64,000 nt of DNA from Dictyostelium fasciculatum (GCF_000203815.1 NW_004457695.1:1360054-1424053); one strand, 5' to 3'; shown: positions 11,090 through 22,951, counted from the first letter of the stretch. Numbers and translations are program-made. Notes: generated by a model from the sequence alone, not told the origin.

Positions 11090-11402
11090 TATTAAAAAAT
11101 AATGAAAGATTATTTCCATTACATGAAGCACTTTTATCTACAACAACCTATGAAGAGATGATCAAAAGATTCGAATCGTTCAAGAGACTTATCCCAAGAT
11201 ATGGATCAATCATTCTCAACAAAGACATGACAAAAGTTGTATTGGTAAAAGAACAATGGTGGGGATGGGGTTTTCCAAAAGGAAAAGGAAAGGAAGGTGA
11301 AACTGAAACATCTAGTGCAACAAGAGAAGTATTTGAAGAAATTGGTTATGATATTGGACCACTTATAAAAAAAGAAGATTATATTCAAAAAGAAACTCAT
11401 GG
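11090..11402 (+). CDS. dcp2: Dcp2 exon 2 (Nudix box)
   Basis: GSIILNKDMTKVVLVKEQWWGWGFPKGKGKEGETETSSATREVFEEIGYD is the Nudix motif GX5EX7REVXEEXG. The donor GTAAAT is at 11403. Confidence 0.85.
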
Positions 11403-11477
11403 GTAAATATAAATAGATATAGTAAATTCAAGGGTGTGTGTAAAGAGAATAGATTATTAATACATTTTTTTTTTTAG

Positions 11478-11556
11478 AGTTGTAAAGAAATTTTTTGTAA
11501 TTGTTGGAGTTGATGAACAAGCTGATTTTGAAACTCATACTAGATATGAAATTAGT
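11478..11556 (+). CDS. dcp2: Dcp2 exon 3 (Box B)
   Basis: VVKKFFVIVGVDEQADFETHTRYEIS. The donor GTAAGA is at 11557. Confidence 0.8.
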
Positions 11557-11630
11557 GTAAGAAGAAGAAAAAGAAAAAGAAAATATATACAGTTTATTTA
11601 TTTTGTTTTCTTTTTTTGTTTTTCTTGTAG

Positions 11631-12818
11631 AGAATAAAATGGCATAAAATAGAAGATATACCATTAATACATAGTAGAGCATCACATCAATTTGCTGCAA
11701 TTATACCTTATATTAAATCTTTGATTAATTGGATTCAAACAAAGAGAAAAGAAAAGAATTTACCACCGATCAATTTTGACAATGACAAGGATCAACATAG
11801 TGGAGGTGATGTTGATTTTGGTTCAATCAAACGATGGTCTCAACAAAACAAAAAGACTAAAAATGATGGTACCAATCCAACAAGAGCAAAACCACACGAA
11901 GAGGATGAAAGAGATGTCATCTTGTTAAACGAAATCGAAGATGTAAAATTGGGTGAATTTATTCAATCACTAAAGGATCATCTTAAAGAGATTCCTCTAA
12001 AGGAGAGTACTAGCGGTGGAACAAGTGGAGCTAGTGCTAGTTCTGCAACACCAAAACTCAACTCGAATCTTAGAAAAATGGGTTCCACTACTTCATTGGA
12101 TGGAACAAACAACAACCAACAACAACAATTCAAAGTATTGACAAATAATCAATTAAACAAATCATTGACCGATATGACAAATAATAACTTTTATAATAAT
12201 CAACAAGAAAATCAACATCAACAACAGAATAATCAACAACAGATGAATAATATAGATATTTTCAATTCTAGTCAACAACCTCAGTCGATCAATACTCCTT
12301 CCTCCGCAATGAATGAATTGGATTTAATTAATTTATTATCAAATTCAACAAATACAAATAGCTCACAAAATTCATTAATTAATAATCATTCACCAACTCA
12401 AATTATTCAACAAAGAAATAATAATATTAATAATAATAATAATAATAATAATAACTATATGAATAATTTTTCATTAAATGATTTTACAATGAATCAAAAT
12501 AATCAAAATAATCAAAATAATATGATGGGTATGAATTATTTTAATAATAATCAAATGAATAATAATAATAATAATATGATGAATTATAATCAACTCCAAC
12601 AACAACAATATAATAATAATAATAATAATTACTCTCTACAACAACAACAACAACAATTTTATAACAATAATATGATGAATAATGTAAATAATAATAATAT
12701 GAATATGATGAATATGAATCCAAATCTTTATCAACAACAACAACCACAGAATCAACAACAACAACAAAGACAAATGCAAATGGGCAACCAAAATCAAATG
12801 TATAATATGAATTATTAA
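11631..12818 (+). CDS. dcp2: Dcp2 exon 4 with a low-complexity N/Q-rich C-terminal extension
   Basis: RIKWHKIEDIPL (KIEWH motif) is followed by a polyN/Q tail. The stop is at 12816-12818. Confidence 0.8.
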   Translation, partial: RIKWHKIEDIPLIHSRASHQFAAIIPYIKSLINWIQTKRKEKNLPPINFDNDKDQHSGGDVDFGSIKRWSQQNKKTKNDGTNPTRAKPHEEDERDVILLNEIEDVKLGEFIQSLKDHLKEIPLKESTSGGTSGASASSATPKLNSNLRKMGSTTSLDGTNNNQQQQFKVLTNNQLNKSLTDMTNNNFYNNQQENQHQQQNNQQQMNNIDIFNSSQQPQSINTPSSAMNELDLINLLSNSTNTNSSQNSLINNHSPTQIIQQRNNNINNNNNNNNNYMNNFSLNDFTMNQNNQNNQNNMMGMNYFNNNQMNNNNNNMMNYNQLQQQQYNNNNNNYSLQQQQQQFYNNNMMNNVNNNNMNMMNMNPNLYQQQQPQNQQQQQRQMQMGNQNQMYNMNY

Positions 12819-13106
12819 TAAAGATTTATATATTTATATACAAAAAAAAAACATCATAATTTATTTGTTTTAAAAACAACTCTCTCTATATATACAGCTA
12901 TTTAAATTATTGAGTTATTATTATTGTTGGTTGTTGTTCTGTGAATTCCATGGAATTCTTTTAAAGTTGAATGTCAGGTAGATTGTTTGGAATGATGGAT
13001 AGATAGATATATATATATGGCTATATAAAATTTATAGGTTATTTTTAAAAAAGAGTAGTAGGTAGGGGAATAATTATTATATTATAATTATTGTTTGGTT
13101 TGTTGT

Positions 13107-13433
13107 TTATACAAGGTTTAAAAAATAAAGGATAAAGTAAAATAATAAAAAGAATACAGTGATTTCGACAGATACAAGTAAAGAGGTAAGGTTCTTTTGT
13201 TGACTACTCTGGACAATATCTTTTGACAGTTCCATTTCAGATACACCCAATGTTCTCATGATCTTTGATGATGAAGGGTCGCATCCCATGATCATCAATG
13301 CCTTTTTAAGTGCCCTCTTGTTGGACAGAGTGATATTCTCTCGAAGTCTTTTGATTTTAATCTCTTGTATTTCATTCTCTTCAGCCGATGCTTCTGTTAT
13401 TGTATCTTCATCAACTCCAAATACATCCATCAA
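13107..13433 (-). CDS. Hypothetical small protein, terminal exon with a hydrophobic C-terminus
   Basis: LMDVFGVDED...KIMRTLGVSEMELSKDIVQ... ends in a hydrophobic tail. It repeats a motif from exon 1 (KIKKTLGIGEDELKMV). Confidence 0.45.
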   Translation of the reverse strand: MMDVFGVDEDTITEASAEENEIQEIKIKRLRENITLSNKRALKKALMIMGCDPSSSKIMRTLGVSEMELSKDIVQSSQQKNLTSLLVSVEITVFFLLFYFILYFLNLV

Positions 13434-13501
13434 CTATTAAATAAAAGATATGATTATTAAATTCCATATACTGTCTTTTTGTTCTATCCTCCATAGCTTA
13501 C

Positions 13502-13726
13502 CTTTTCTTTTGATAAATTTAAACCAAGAGTCGATTGAGCCTTTTTAGTATCTCTTTTGTTGATTGGATGTCTTTCTTTGATGACTTGATTATTGACAGA
13601 CTCTTCTTTGACCATCTTTAGCTCATCTTCTCCAATTCCCAACGTCTTTTTAATCTTGTCTTCTGATGGATTGAAATCGCCCAATACATCAATCACCTTT
13701 TTTAAACTCTCTGGTCTTGGTGCCAT
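13502..13726 (-). CDS. Hypothetical small protein, exon 1
   Basis: MAPRPESLKKVIDVLGDFNPSEDKIKKTLGIGEDELKMVKEE... The donor is GTAAGC, and phase 0 joins to 13433. Confidence 0.45.
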
Positions 13727-14370
13727 TATGTTGACGACGACGACGATGATGATATGTGACTCCTCTCTCTCTCTCTTTCTCTATCTATATAGACTATAAA
13801 AGTCTAGATTGCTGTTGACAAACACTATAGTGTTAAGAATAATAGTGTTATACTTTGTCACACAATAATATAATATTATAAATGTCAACGAGAGAGAGTA
13901 TTGTTTGTTCTCTCTTTCTCTCCTCTTTCTCTCTTTGTCTTCTTTTTACAGCCTATTACAAAAACACAATAACTACTATTACTACTTCAACAATAAACAA
14001 CAAGCTCATAAGCTATTGGGGAGGGGGGAGTGGGTTGATTGAGTGATTGATTGAGAGAGTGGTTAAAAAAAAAAAATTATTTGTTCGTGGCCTTTTTAAA
14101 AAAATAATTAATGATCGTAGTTGTTTTGTAGATTGAAGGTTTGTTTAAAGGGTTGAGGAGGGCAATTAATTAATATATGTTTACTTTTTATCTATCGTCG
14201 TTTATTGAATAAGGTTAGGTAGGTAGGTTTAGAATAGACTTTGGAGGAAGAGTAAAGAGATGAATGATCGGATCGATCGGAAATAATCATAATAATTATA
14301 ATTTTTTTTTAATTCCCGATCTCGGTTGGTTAATTTAATTAATTATTAATTATTTAATGGGTCATTCAAA

Positions 14371-14915
14371 TTAATCGGTTCTTTTTGATTTTAGCCTTGC
14401 TCTAGATAACATAAACAAGAGTACTAAAAATGTAACTCCAATTACTTCAAACAATACAACATGATAGATTGGTAACCCAAAAATGAGTTGTTTTTGTTGT
14501 TCTTGTTGTTCTTGTTCTTGTTCTTGTTGTTGAGAAGATAAATGATGATGATTTGAATCGATTGGGTTGGAAATACTACCATCTTTTGTTGTTTTGGTAG
14601 TTGATGCATTTGGTTGTTGTGGTTGTTGAGAGGAAATGGGAATCCTCGTAGGTGAAAGAGGGAGGGAGGGGATAATATTTACAATACGTGACGATTCATA
14701 AAGATAACCGTCTACACTGACGACAAGGTCGGCTGGTCCAGGTGTGGTAGGACCCAATTCACAAATTAATGTGGTCCAGTTGGCCAACCTGATTCGACAG
14801 CACTGTTGGTTAATCTCTACTGCAACATGTTTTTTAATAAATCCAAAATGACCATCCAATGTTACCATTCCTCCTGTCTGGGGGATTATATTTGATGATT
14901 TTACAATTGGGAAAT
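14371..14915 (-). CDS. LRR / IPT-like transmembrane receptor-like protein, terminal exon (TM segment and short cytoplasmic tail)
   Basis: ...LIFGLPIYHVVLFEVIGVTFLVLLFMLSRARLKSKRTD* is a single-pass TM near the C-terminus. Confidence 0.65.
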
Positions 14916-15011
14916 CTAAACAAAAAATAAATAAATAAAAATAAATAAATAAATAAATAAGTATATTTCTTTTTCTTTTTTTTTTTTTTTTCTTATCTTT
15001 CAATTCTTTAC

Positions 15012-15727
15012 CCAACTCTAAAGATATTCTCTTTGAAGCAGATTCACGACTATTTGAAACGACAATTTCATATTGTCCACGAGGATAGGTAATTGAGACC
15101 TGACATGTATAGACACGAATACCATCATATTGACCATTAAAACATTCAAATTGATCAAACATGACAGTGTGTTCGATATAGGTGTTGAAATTGACAAAGA
15201 TAGTGACCATTAAACCATAGGCTGATTGGATGGCTGTTGCATCCTCCAAATTGATTCGAGTGAGTGATATCCTTTCAGAGATACCAAGATTCTTTGAAAA
15301 TGTGATGACTTCGTCAAGTCTATTGAATGAAAGCTCACTTCTTTGATACTGTAGCATTTGGTTTGGAATGACAGAGTCTAGGGTATTTGGAATGGTATCA
15401 CCTTCAAATGCCCAACCTAGATTATTGCCATGTATAATAACTCTAGTTCCATTGAATCGAATATCTGTAATTTGTACCACACATTCACTGTTTGGCTCCA
15501 AATGACTAACCGATATTCTTCTCTGTGGAATCGTTGAATAACATTGGAAACAACTAGCTACATTGACCATCTCATCTGGTGAGAATGCAGTATACTTTAA
15601 ACTCTGTACACTACACAATGAATCTGGCAAATTAAAAGCAATATTTGGTTGAAGTGTTACCGATACATCTATTTTTAATCCCCATCCAAATCCATCTGGT
15701 ATTGGTTCATGTACATTAAATAATTCT
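15012..15727 (-). CDS. Receptor-like protein exon 5 (Ig/IPT-like extracellular region)
   Basis: IELFNVHEPIPDGFGWGLKIDVSV...YTCQVSITYPRGQYEIVVSNS. The donor GTAAAG lies on the minus strand below 15012. Confidence 0.65.
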
Positions 15728-15790
15728 CTAAAAAAAAAAAGGATATTAATAAACTCAAAATATCAAACCTAACAAACAAACATAACATAC

Positions 15791-15934
15791 ATATGATTTA
15801 ATAATGGAAATCTAATCTTGTTAAATATTGCTGGTACGTTGGTTCCATCATTTCCAATGATTACTAAATTTAAATTTTTAGATGTTTCTAAAAAATTATT
15901 TGGTATTAAATATTGTCTCTTTTGGTTTCTTAAT
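15791..15934 (-). CDS. Receptor-like protein exon 4
   Basis: LRNQKRQYLIPNNFLETSKNLNLVIIGNDGTNVPAIFNKIRFPLLNH. The donor is GTATGT. Confidence 0.6.
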
Positions 15935-16010
15935 CTAAAATAGTTTAAAAATTAGTTAATAACCATAATAATATTGATATTGATTGTAAAGGGATAACTT
16001 TAGAACTTAC

Positions 16011-16181
16011 TGGAAATGAGTTAATTTTGGTAAATCACCAACTAAATCTAATAAATTGATGGATGGATTTTGAACCTTTGGTGAAATGATTGTTAATTTG
16101 GACAATTCTGGAAAATATAGATATTTAATAGTTGGATTTGGTATTCCTGAATATGAAAATTCAAGTAATCCTTCTAAATTT
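16011..16181 (-). CDS. Receptor-like protein exon 3 (leucine-rich repeats)
   Basis: NLEGLLEFSYSGIPNPTIKYLYFPELSKLTIISPKVQNPSINLLDLVGDLPKLTHF. The donor is GTAAGT. Confidence 0.65.
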
Positions 16182-16263
16182 CTAAAAAAAATAATAATAA
16201 TGGAAATGGTTAGTTTTTGAAAGGATGATGATTCTCTTGGTAGATTGTTGTTGTGATCCTTAC

Positions 16264-16402
16264 ATTTCCAAAACATGGTATCTATTATTTGGTCTACTAT
16301 CACATTTAAATCCAACAATATTTCTTAAACATACTTCTTTGGCAGCAACAATATCTTTAATGCCAAGTCCATATTGTTTTGATAACCATAAAACTGATTC
16401 AG
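16264..16402 (-). CDS. Receptor-like protein exon 2
   Basis: ESVLWLSKQYGLGIKDIVAAKEVCLRNIVGFKCDSRPNNRYHVLE. The donor is GTAAGG, and lengths and phases are consistent. Confidence 0.55.
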
Positions 16403-16484
16403 CTATAAAAAGAATAAAATGAATTAGAATGAATAAATGAATGACGACTATAATTAATTAATTAATTCTACTTTTAAAACATAC

Positions 16485-16929
16485 CTTCTCTATTATCAAT
16501 TGTATTTTTTGTTATTGGTATTGGTTTTATATTAACACCATTTTCATTATTATTATAATAATTATTATTATTCTGATTATTATTGTTATTATTAATGACT
16601 CTGGGAGGTTTGTTTGTATTTTTAGTTAAGGACATTTGACCATAACTTGGTGGAATCGTGAATATTAAAATTAAAAAAAGGATGATAAAGATTGAAAGAT
16701 ATACAAAGTGATTATGATGTTTAAAAGATTTTATACTCTTTTTAAAAGAAGAAGTAGAGTTTTCATTATTATTAGTATTATGATTATTATGATTATTATG
16801 ATTATTATTATGATTGTTAGTATGATTATTAAAAGAGGATGAAGATGAAGGGGATGAGGATGATGATGATGACGAAAAAGAAAAAGATGAATAGTAATTG
16901 TGATTTGAGGTTTGTTTATACCTCACCAT
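16485..16929 (-). CDS. Receptor-like protein exon 1 (N/S-rich N-terminus and signal-anchor)
   Basis: MVRYKQTSNHNYYSSFSFSSSS...HHNHFVYLSIFIILFLILIFTIPPSYG... The donor is GTATGT. The ORF-table start at 16950 is a TTG. Confidence 0.55.
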
Positions 16930-17979
16930 ATCCGTTGTAGCCAAAACCAAAGATAATGATGATAATGCCTATTCATATATATATATCTATATATTATGTA
17001 TATCTATATTATTATGTATATCTATATTATTATGATCTGCTGACAACACTCAAGGTGCTTAAACAGTTGTGCTGCTGCTGATTCTTTTGATTTAAACTCT
17101 TTAGATTATTCATCCCACTATCTATCTACTATGATCTCTTGCTGTTGTTGTTGTTGTTGTTGTTGTTGTCTATCTGAGAACAACCAATCAAATCAATCAA
17201 TCAATCTATTTTCTGTCTGTCTGAGTTTGATGTATTCTGATGGGGAAAAAAAAGGGTACCAGAGTACTATATAGTTTTTAAGAGGAGGATGGAGTGAACA
17301 AGGATAAGAGGAAGAGAGACAGTAATAGTTCATGTGATTGGATAAGTATAGAGGAAGAAGGAGGAATATTTGGTTGGAGGCCAAGAAGAAAATTCAAAAA
17401 AAACTGTTGTTTGTGCTGACGTAGGTGCCACCTTGCTTGCGAGTTGTGTGTTTCACGGGTCGTTATTGGAATGTTCAAAGTTGTGAGCCCCTGGTTTTTT
17501 TGGTTGTTTGTTCTATTATTAACAACTCGTATCTTTCTTTAGAAATCAACAAGAATAATAAATCTTTCTAGATAAGTTGTTTGTTTGTGCTAATACAAAG
17601 ATAAAGTAATAGATAGATAGATAGAGTCGGGGGTGTTGGGTTACAAGCATGTTAGAGAAGATTTTTCTTTCGGTCACTGCAAACCAAAGAAGAGTGTAAA
17701 ATAATCTAAAAACGATGAGTTTGCAGTTAACCGTCACACTGTGAACGAAATTTTAGTATCGTGCTGATCGATCTCATCGAAAATTTTAATAAATTTATTT
17801 AATTATTATTGTCTACCCCCTTCCTTCATCATCCTCGTTAACACACAAAAGGTGTGAGACAATCATCCTCATCATCTTTCATTTATTTATACTTGTCATA
17901 GTTTATTTATATATATTTAGTATCATTATCATTGTAATATTAAGATTTTAGATTAGATCTAGAGGGAGATAAGAGAGAG

Positions 17980-18941
17980 ATGGACGAAAATGGGATACCA
18001 TTGGATCAAAGGAATAGTTATTATCAACCAAATGAAGCAGATCCAAATGCTGCAACTTTACAACAACAACAACAACAACAATTTCAACAACTTCCTGATA
18101 ATAATAGATATTCATTTCATCAAAGATCACCATCATTACTACCAGATGAAGGATTCTATTTGTATACTACGGCACCAGAGTATATTGCATACTCTGAATT
18201 GAATATGAAGGAAAAGATATTAGAGAATATGTTTGGTTATACTGTACGTGGTAAAAAGGCTGCTATTCCAGATGGTTATATGGTCGATTATACGCGATTT
18301 GGTCAACCCTATCTATTGGCACATACTGACAAGACGGGAGGAGGTGATAGTAATGGTGAGCCGGTCGATCCAACTGATATCTTGGCAGCTGAAGAACACC
18401 AAAAACACAATTTGACAATGCGATGCACTACACAACAGATCGAGGAAAAGTTTGGTATTGGTATCTATCTCTACTTTGACTTTATCAAGTTTTGTCTACT
18501 CATCAATTCCATCTTACTATGTGGTGTATTGATCAATGTGGTGCCACATCTCTACTATGAAAATGATGTTAGTCTCTTTAAAGACTTTACGTCGACCGAT
18601 ATGGTCTTTGTTGCCATCAATCTGGCATCATACATTCACGATGACTACAAACAACTCTATTATTGGTCTACTGTTGGTACTATCATCCTCTCCTTTTTAA
18701 TGGGTCCAATCTACGCACTCAAAGTTCACCATTACTTTAAAAAACAAAAACTAGAGGATTTTGAAGATGGATTTACTGGTGACGATGTCATTCGTGGTAA
18801 CGAAAGAGTTAGTTCAAGATCACGTGCTTTTAGATTTGCTGTTAGTTATAGTGTATTTATCATTCTCATTGGTATCTCTGCTATTTGTACAGTATATGTT
18901 TTAAAAACTGTAAATAATTATCAATTTTTGGCTAATATTTT
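17980..18941 (+). CDS. TMC-like (transmembrane channel-like) protein, exon 1
   Basis: There are several predicted TM helices. The donor GTAAAT at 18942 is in phase 2. Confidence 0.6.
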
Positions 18942-19017
18942 GTAAATAGAAAAAAAGAAAAAAAAAGAAAATAGAAACATGGAATACACATATATTAATA
19001 ATATTATCTATTTCTAG

Positions 19018-19297
19018 AACTACATCATTAGTTTCAGCAATTATACTTAGAGTAATTAATGTAATTTATGAATTTATGTGTCTTTATTTAACAAAGTTGG
19101 AAGGTCATAGAACTTGGACCAATTTCAGAAATCATAATACTCTTAAATTATTTGTATTCAAGGTTATCAATGTATTGGTACTCTACATTTTACGTGATAA
19201 AATATTTAGAGATATTACAGATCAAGTGGTTCAAGCTGGTTGTCCACTTATTGATGTTGGTTCTCAATTCTTTTTCATTTTACTTATGGATTTAACT
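19018..19297 (+). CDS. TMC-like protein exon 2 (TMC signature)
   Basis: LTKLEGHRTWTNFRNHNTLKLFVFKVINVLVLY...AGCPLIDVGSQFFFILLMDL resembles the TMC motif CWETxVGQExYKL...D. The donor GTAAAT is at 19298. Confidence 0.65.
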
Positions 19298-19387
19298 GTA
19301 AATATAATATAAGTATAATATAGATATAGATCTATATGACTAAACATTTCATTCACCATTTATTAATTATTTTATATTTTTATATAG

Positions 19388-19855
19388 TTACAAAATATTT
19401 GGGAAATTGTATATTCAGTTGGTATGGCAAGAATTGGTAGATGTATTGGAAAGAGAGGAAAGAAATCAACAGATTCTTATAAACCAGAATTTGATTTGGC
19501 AGAAGAATACCTTGAACTTTTATACAGACAATTTATTGTTTATTTGGGTATTCCAATCTATCCATTGGTAGCAGTGTTTGGTGTACTCTGTAATCTTGCC
19601 GAATTCTATGTTGACAAGTTTAGATTACTCAAAATCTGTCGTCGCCCACATCGTGTACAAGGTTCAATGAAGAGATTCCTTTCCTTTTATCTATTGATCA
19701 TTGCTGTAGTGTCGGTCGTCTCTTATCCCTACGGTTCCGGTTGGGTTTTGGTTCAATTTGGTTTTGATCGTGGTGATTTAAATGCCAATTGTCCACAATT
19801 ATTTAGTAATAATGCTACTCTTTTACTTGGTACTAATCAATTTGGTGGTTGGTAA
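19388..19855 (+). CDS. TMC-like protein terminal exon
   Basis: YLGIPIYPLVAVFGVLCNLAEFYVDKFRLLKICRRPHRVQGSMKRFLSFYLLI resembles the region after the TMC1 pore. Confidence 0.65.
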   Translation, partial: LQNIWEIVYSVGMARIGRCIGKRGKKSTDSYKPEFDLAEEYLELLYRQFIVYLGIPIYPLVAVFGVLCNLAEFYVDKFRLLKICRRPHRVQGSMKRFLSFYLLIIAVVSVVSYPYGSGWVLVQFGFDRGDLNANCPQLFSNNATLLLGTNQFGGW

Positions 19856-20081
19856 AAAAGAAAAGATAAAACATTGAAATAATAATAATAATGCGTTAAA
19901 AAAAAAATAATAATAATACTTGTACTATACCAAAAAAAAAATATAAACAACAACAATTAAAATATTACTTTTTTGATTGGTTTAAAAAATAGACAGAGAG
20001 AGAGAAAGAGCACTTCTTCTTCTTCTTCTTCTTTTTCTTCTTTTAATATATATCCTTATTTACAATTATTATTATTACTGG

Positions 20082-20497
20082 TTATTTTGGTTTGGAATCC
20101 TTTTCCTTCTTTTCCTTTAACTTTTGTTTTAGTAATGCCATTTTCTTTTTTTGATCAATGATTGATTGTCTTTCATCTTTTGATTCTTTTGCTTTTACTT
20201 GTTGGCTATTATGTTTTTCTCTTTCCAATTGTGTTTTCATTTCCTCTTGTTTCATTGCATTGATTTTTGCTTCTTTATCTCTTTGTTCTCTTTCATCTCT
20301 TTCTTGTTCATCATCCCAAAACATTTGTTGTTGTTGTTGTTGTCCAGCATTCGTTGTGTTTTGATCTTTATAATATCGATTGTTGTTATTTTCTTGTCCA
20401 TCATCATCACCAGTACACGCTTTAATTTCAAAATCCACAACATTATTTTCATTATATAAATCATAAAAGTCTATTGGCTTTTCATGTTTACCTTGAA
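20082..20497 (-). CDS. CCDC174-like coiled-coil protein, terminal exon
   Basis: The acidic-then-basic coiled coil ERDEREQRDKEAKINAMKQEEMKTQLEREK...KKKMALLKQKLKEKKEK resembles CCDC174. Confidence 0.55.
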
Positions 20498-20569
20498 CTA
20501 TATAATAACATATAATATATTTGATTAGCATACGAAAGAAAAGGATTGGACCATTTTTAGAATACATAC

Positions 20570-20894
20570 CCAATTGTTGATAAATCTTTGCTTTTTCTTC
20601 AAGTTTCTTTTTTATATTATCATAGGATGTCTTGTTGGATTCATCTTTTAACGATTGAATATCTCTTTCATTTCTTTCTTTTGTTCCATTGTTTGAACCC
20701 AAACGATCATCATCATCACGATAACCATCTTGATTTTCATTTTCTTTAGATGATTTGTTATCAACAAATGTAAGTTTAGATTTCTTATTAGTTTGTATTG
20801 ATTCTTCATCTTCTCCACTACCTCCGCCAGTCCTCAATAACGATTCTTTTACATTTCTTTCTTCATTGATAACAGCTGTTTTCAATCCTATAAT
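20570..20894 (-). CDS. CCDC174-like exon 2
   Basis: ...NIKKKLEEKAKIYQQLG matches the CCDC174 motif KLEEKAKLYEKM. The donor is GTATGT. Confidence 0.55.
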
Positions 20895-20945
20895 CTAAAG
20901 AAGATATTAGTATCAACTTATATGAATATATTATGTACAACTTAC

Positions 20946-20990
20946 ACTAGATGATGATACACCTTCAATATCATGTTTCCTCTTCCACAT
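20946..20990 (-). CDS. CCDC174-like exon 1 (MWKRKHDIEGVSSSS)
   Basis: An ATG is followed by a GTAAGT donor. It joins the next exon in phase 0. Confidence 0.4.
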
Positions 20991-21773
20991 CTTCAAATAT
21001 ATTTTATTATTTATATTTATTTGTTTAAAAAAAATGAAATGAACCAAACGAAGGTTAAAACGAGAGTGTTTTGAAGATCATTTTTCATTATTATTTAAAA
21101 CTAATGTAAGTTGATAATATTTATTTATTTGTTAAAAACAGCAATATATATATATATATGATGAACGATATAGTAATCGGGATGATGGTGATACTTGAAG
21201 ATGAAGAATGAACTTTGAATTGGAGCTTTAAGTATAGTCTGCTTTGTCTATTACGATTGATCACAAACAAGCGTGCATGCATGCTATGATTGTGATATCA
21301 TCTAATAGTGATAAGGTTCCTCTATATTGGACACTCTGATGTCGGTTTAACGATCTTTACTTCCCATTGAATGACGATACTTTATAGGCAATTAATTGCT
21401 GACTATATATTACTTGAAATTTATTTATAATACATCCTTTTGAATAACGATCATCTACTATTCATTCTAACCATTTCATTTTCTCTTTTTTAAAATAGGA
21501 ACTAATAATTTATGTGATTGTGAGTGATTTATTTACTCTTTTTTAATTTAAAACAATGGATATTTAAAACTTGACACAAAGTTGTAACTACTACATAGGC
21601 AAAATGTAAATAAATAATGGTGATACCAAAACAAAACAATTGTAAAAAGGATGATTCTTGGATACCTAAAAAGTTGAAAATATTAAATCTAAATATTATA
21701 TATGGATGGATTAGTCATTGGTTAATTTTGGTTTGTTAAAAAAGTTATCTATCTATATTTCTATTTATCTATC

Positions 21774-22037
21774 TTACCCATCAATGATATAATTTAAACT
21801 AATTAATAGTAATGGTACCAAGACAATTTGGAATGGGTTGAGATCATCATTACAGATTCTGGCCAAAACGATTCTACCAACCAAAAAGGCAACGATAAAG
21901 CCAAAAGTGTTGATAAACATGTGTGGATTATTTACATAGACTTGGGTTGGTGAATAGATACCCCAAACCATACCAGCCAAAAATACAAATACAATTGGGA
22001 TCACTTGTGAGACTGCACCTTTAACACTCTTTGGTCC
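21774..22037 (-). CDS. Choline/ethanolamine phosphotransferase (CDP-alcohol phosphatidyltransferase), terminal exon
   Basis: GPKSVKGAVSQVIPIVFVFLAGMVWGIYSP... is the C-terminal TM region. Confidence 0.7.
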   Translation of the reverse strand, partial: GPKSVKGAVSQVIPIVFVFLAGMVWGIYSPTQVYVNNPHMFINTFGFIVAFLVGRIVLARICNDDLNPFQIVLVPLLLISLNYIIDG

Positions 22038-22122
22038 CTTTTTAACAATTGTATTAATACTATATAAACGATTTAGAGTAGAGAATGATTAGTATATATG
22101 GTTCTTCTGGTTTGGATTTGAC

Positions 22123-22666
22123 TTGGTTTAAAATATACTTGTTAATAATGGTAAGAATGGCACCTAAACTACTAACGAAAAGAGGAATATAAGTTAGAGG
22201 GATACCAAGATAGGGGACAGTGGTATGCCAAATTTGTGATCCAAAGATCATTGTGATGAGGTGACCACCCATCATAGAGTAATGGCCTTCAATGACACCG
22301 ATGGCACCCAATTCCATGATACCAGTGTGGTATTGTTCCCATTGGGCCATATAAAAAGCTGCCAAGAGGATGAGCACGTTAAAGAGCGAGGCATAGGAGG
22401 GACCAGCCTGAATAGCAGTGAGAAAGCCCAATACCACTAAAAAGGTGGTGATGGCGTCACAACCGTGGTCAAACAACTCACCCAATCCACTTGAACTGTT
22501 GGTACGTCTTGCTTGCTTGCCGTCGAGTGCATCCATAGTCTGATACCAAAAGATGCATACGATATTCAACAATGATACCCATGCAGGTACATCTCCTTCA
22601 AGTCCAGGTGCATAATAATAAGTGACTAAATAAGATAAAATGATACCAAAAATCCCAATAATGTTA
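22123..22666 (-). CDS. Choline/ethanolamine phosphotransferase exon 2 (catalytic motif)
   Basis: DALDGKQARRTNSSSGLGELFDHGCDAITT is the CDP-alcohol phosphotransferase motif DG(x)2AR(x)8G(x)3D(x)3D. The acceptor is the second AG (CTAG), which restores the frame. The exon-3 junction uses an unusual GTCAAA donor. Confidence 0.7.
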
Positions 22667-22814
22667 CTAGATTTGGGCTAAAAAAAGTAGTAGATAGGAA
22701 TAAAAAGAAAAATAAAAAGAAAAAGAAAAAAGAGACAAGAAAGATAATAATAATATTATTAGTAGATTAGTTTTGAATGAATGGGTTGGGTCATTTATTT
22801 AAATGTTGACTTAC

Positions 22815-22951
22815 GCCATCCATATTGGTAGCCATTCTACAGAAGTTCTCCAAAATGGTTGTAATAGTGCTGATAGATAGGAATGATCAATTCCATTGTA
22901 TTTGTATAGTTTAATGTGTTCTTTGGCTTTATCGCTAACATATAACCCCAT
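22815..22951 (-). CDS. Choline/ethanolamine phosphotransferase exon 1
   Basis: MGLYVSDKAKEHIKLYKYNGIDHSYLSALLQPFWRTSVEWLPIWMA resembles the CEPT1/CHPT1 N-terminus. The donor is GTAAGT. Confidence 0.75.

Noticed and set aside
16225-16422. Plus-strand 65-aa ORF (also 17990-18202 and 18233-18415)
   Set aside because: They overlap exons of the minus-strand receptor gene or the TMC gene in the wrong frame or strand. They are not independent genes.
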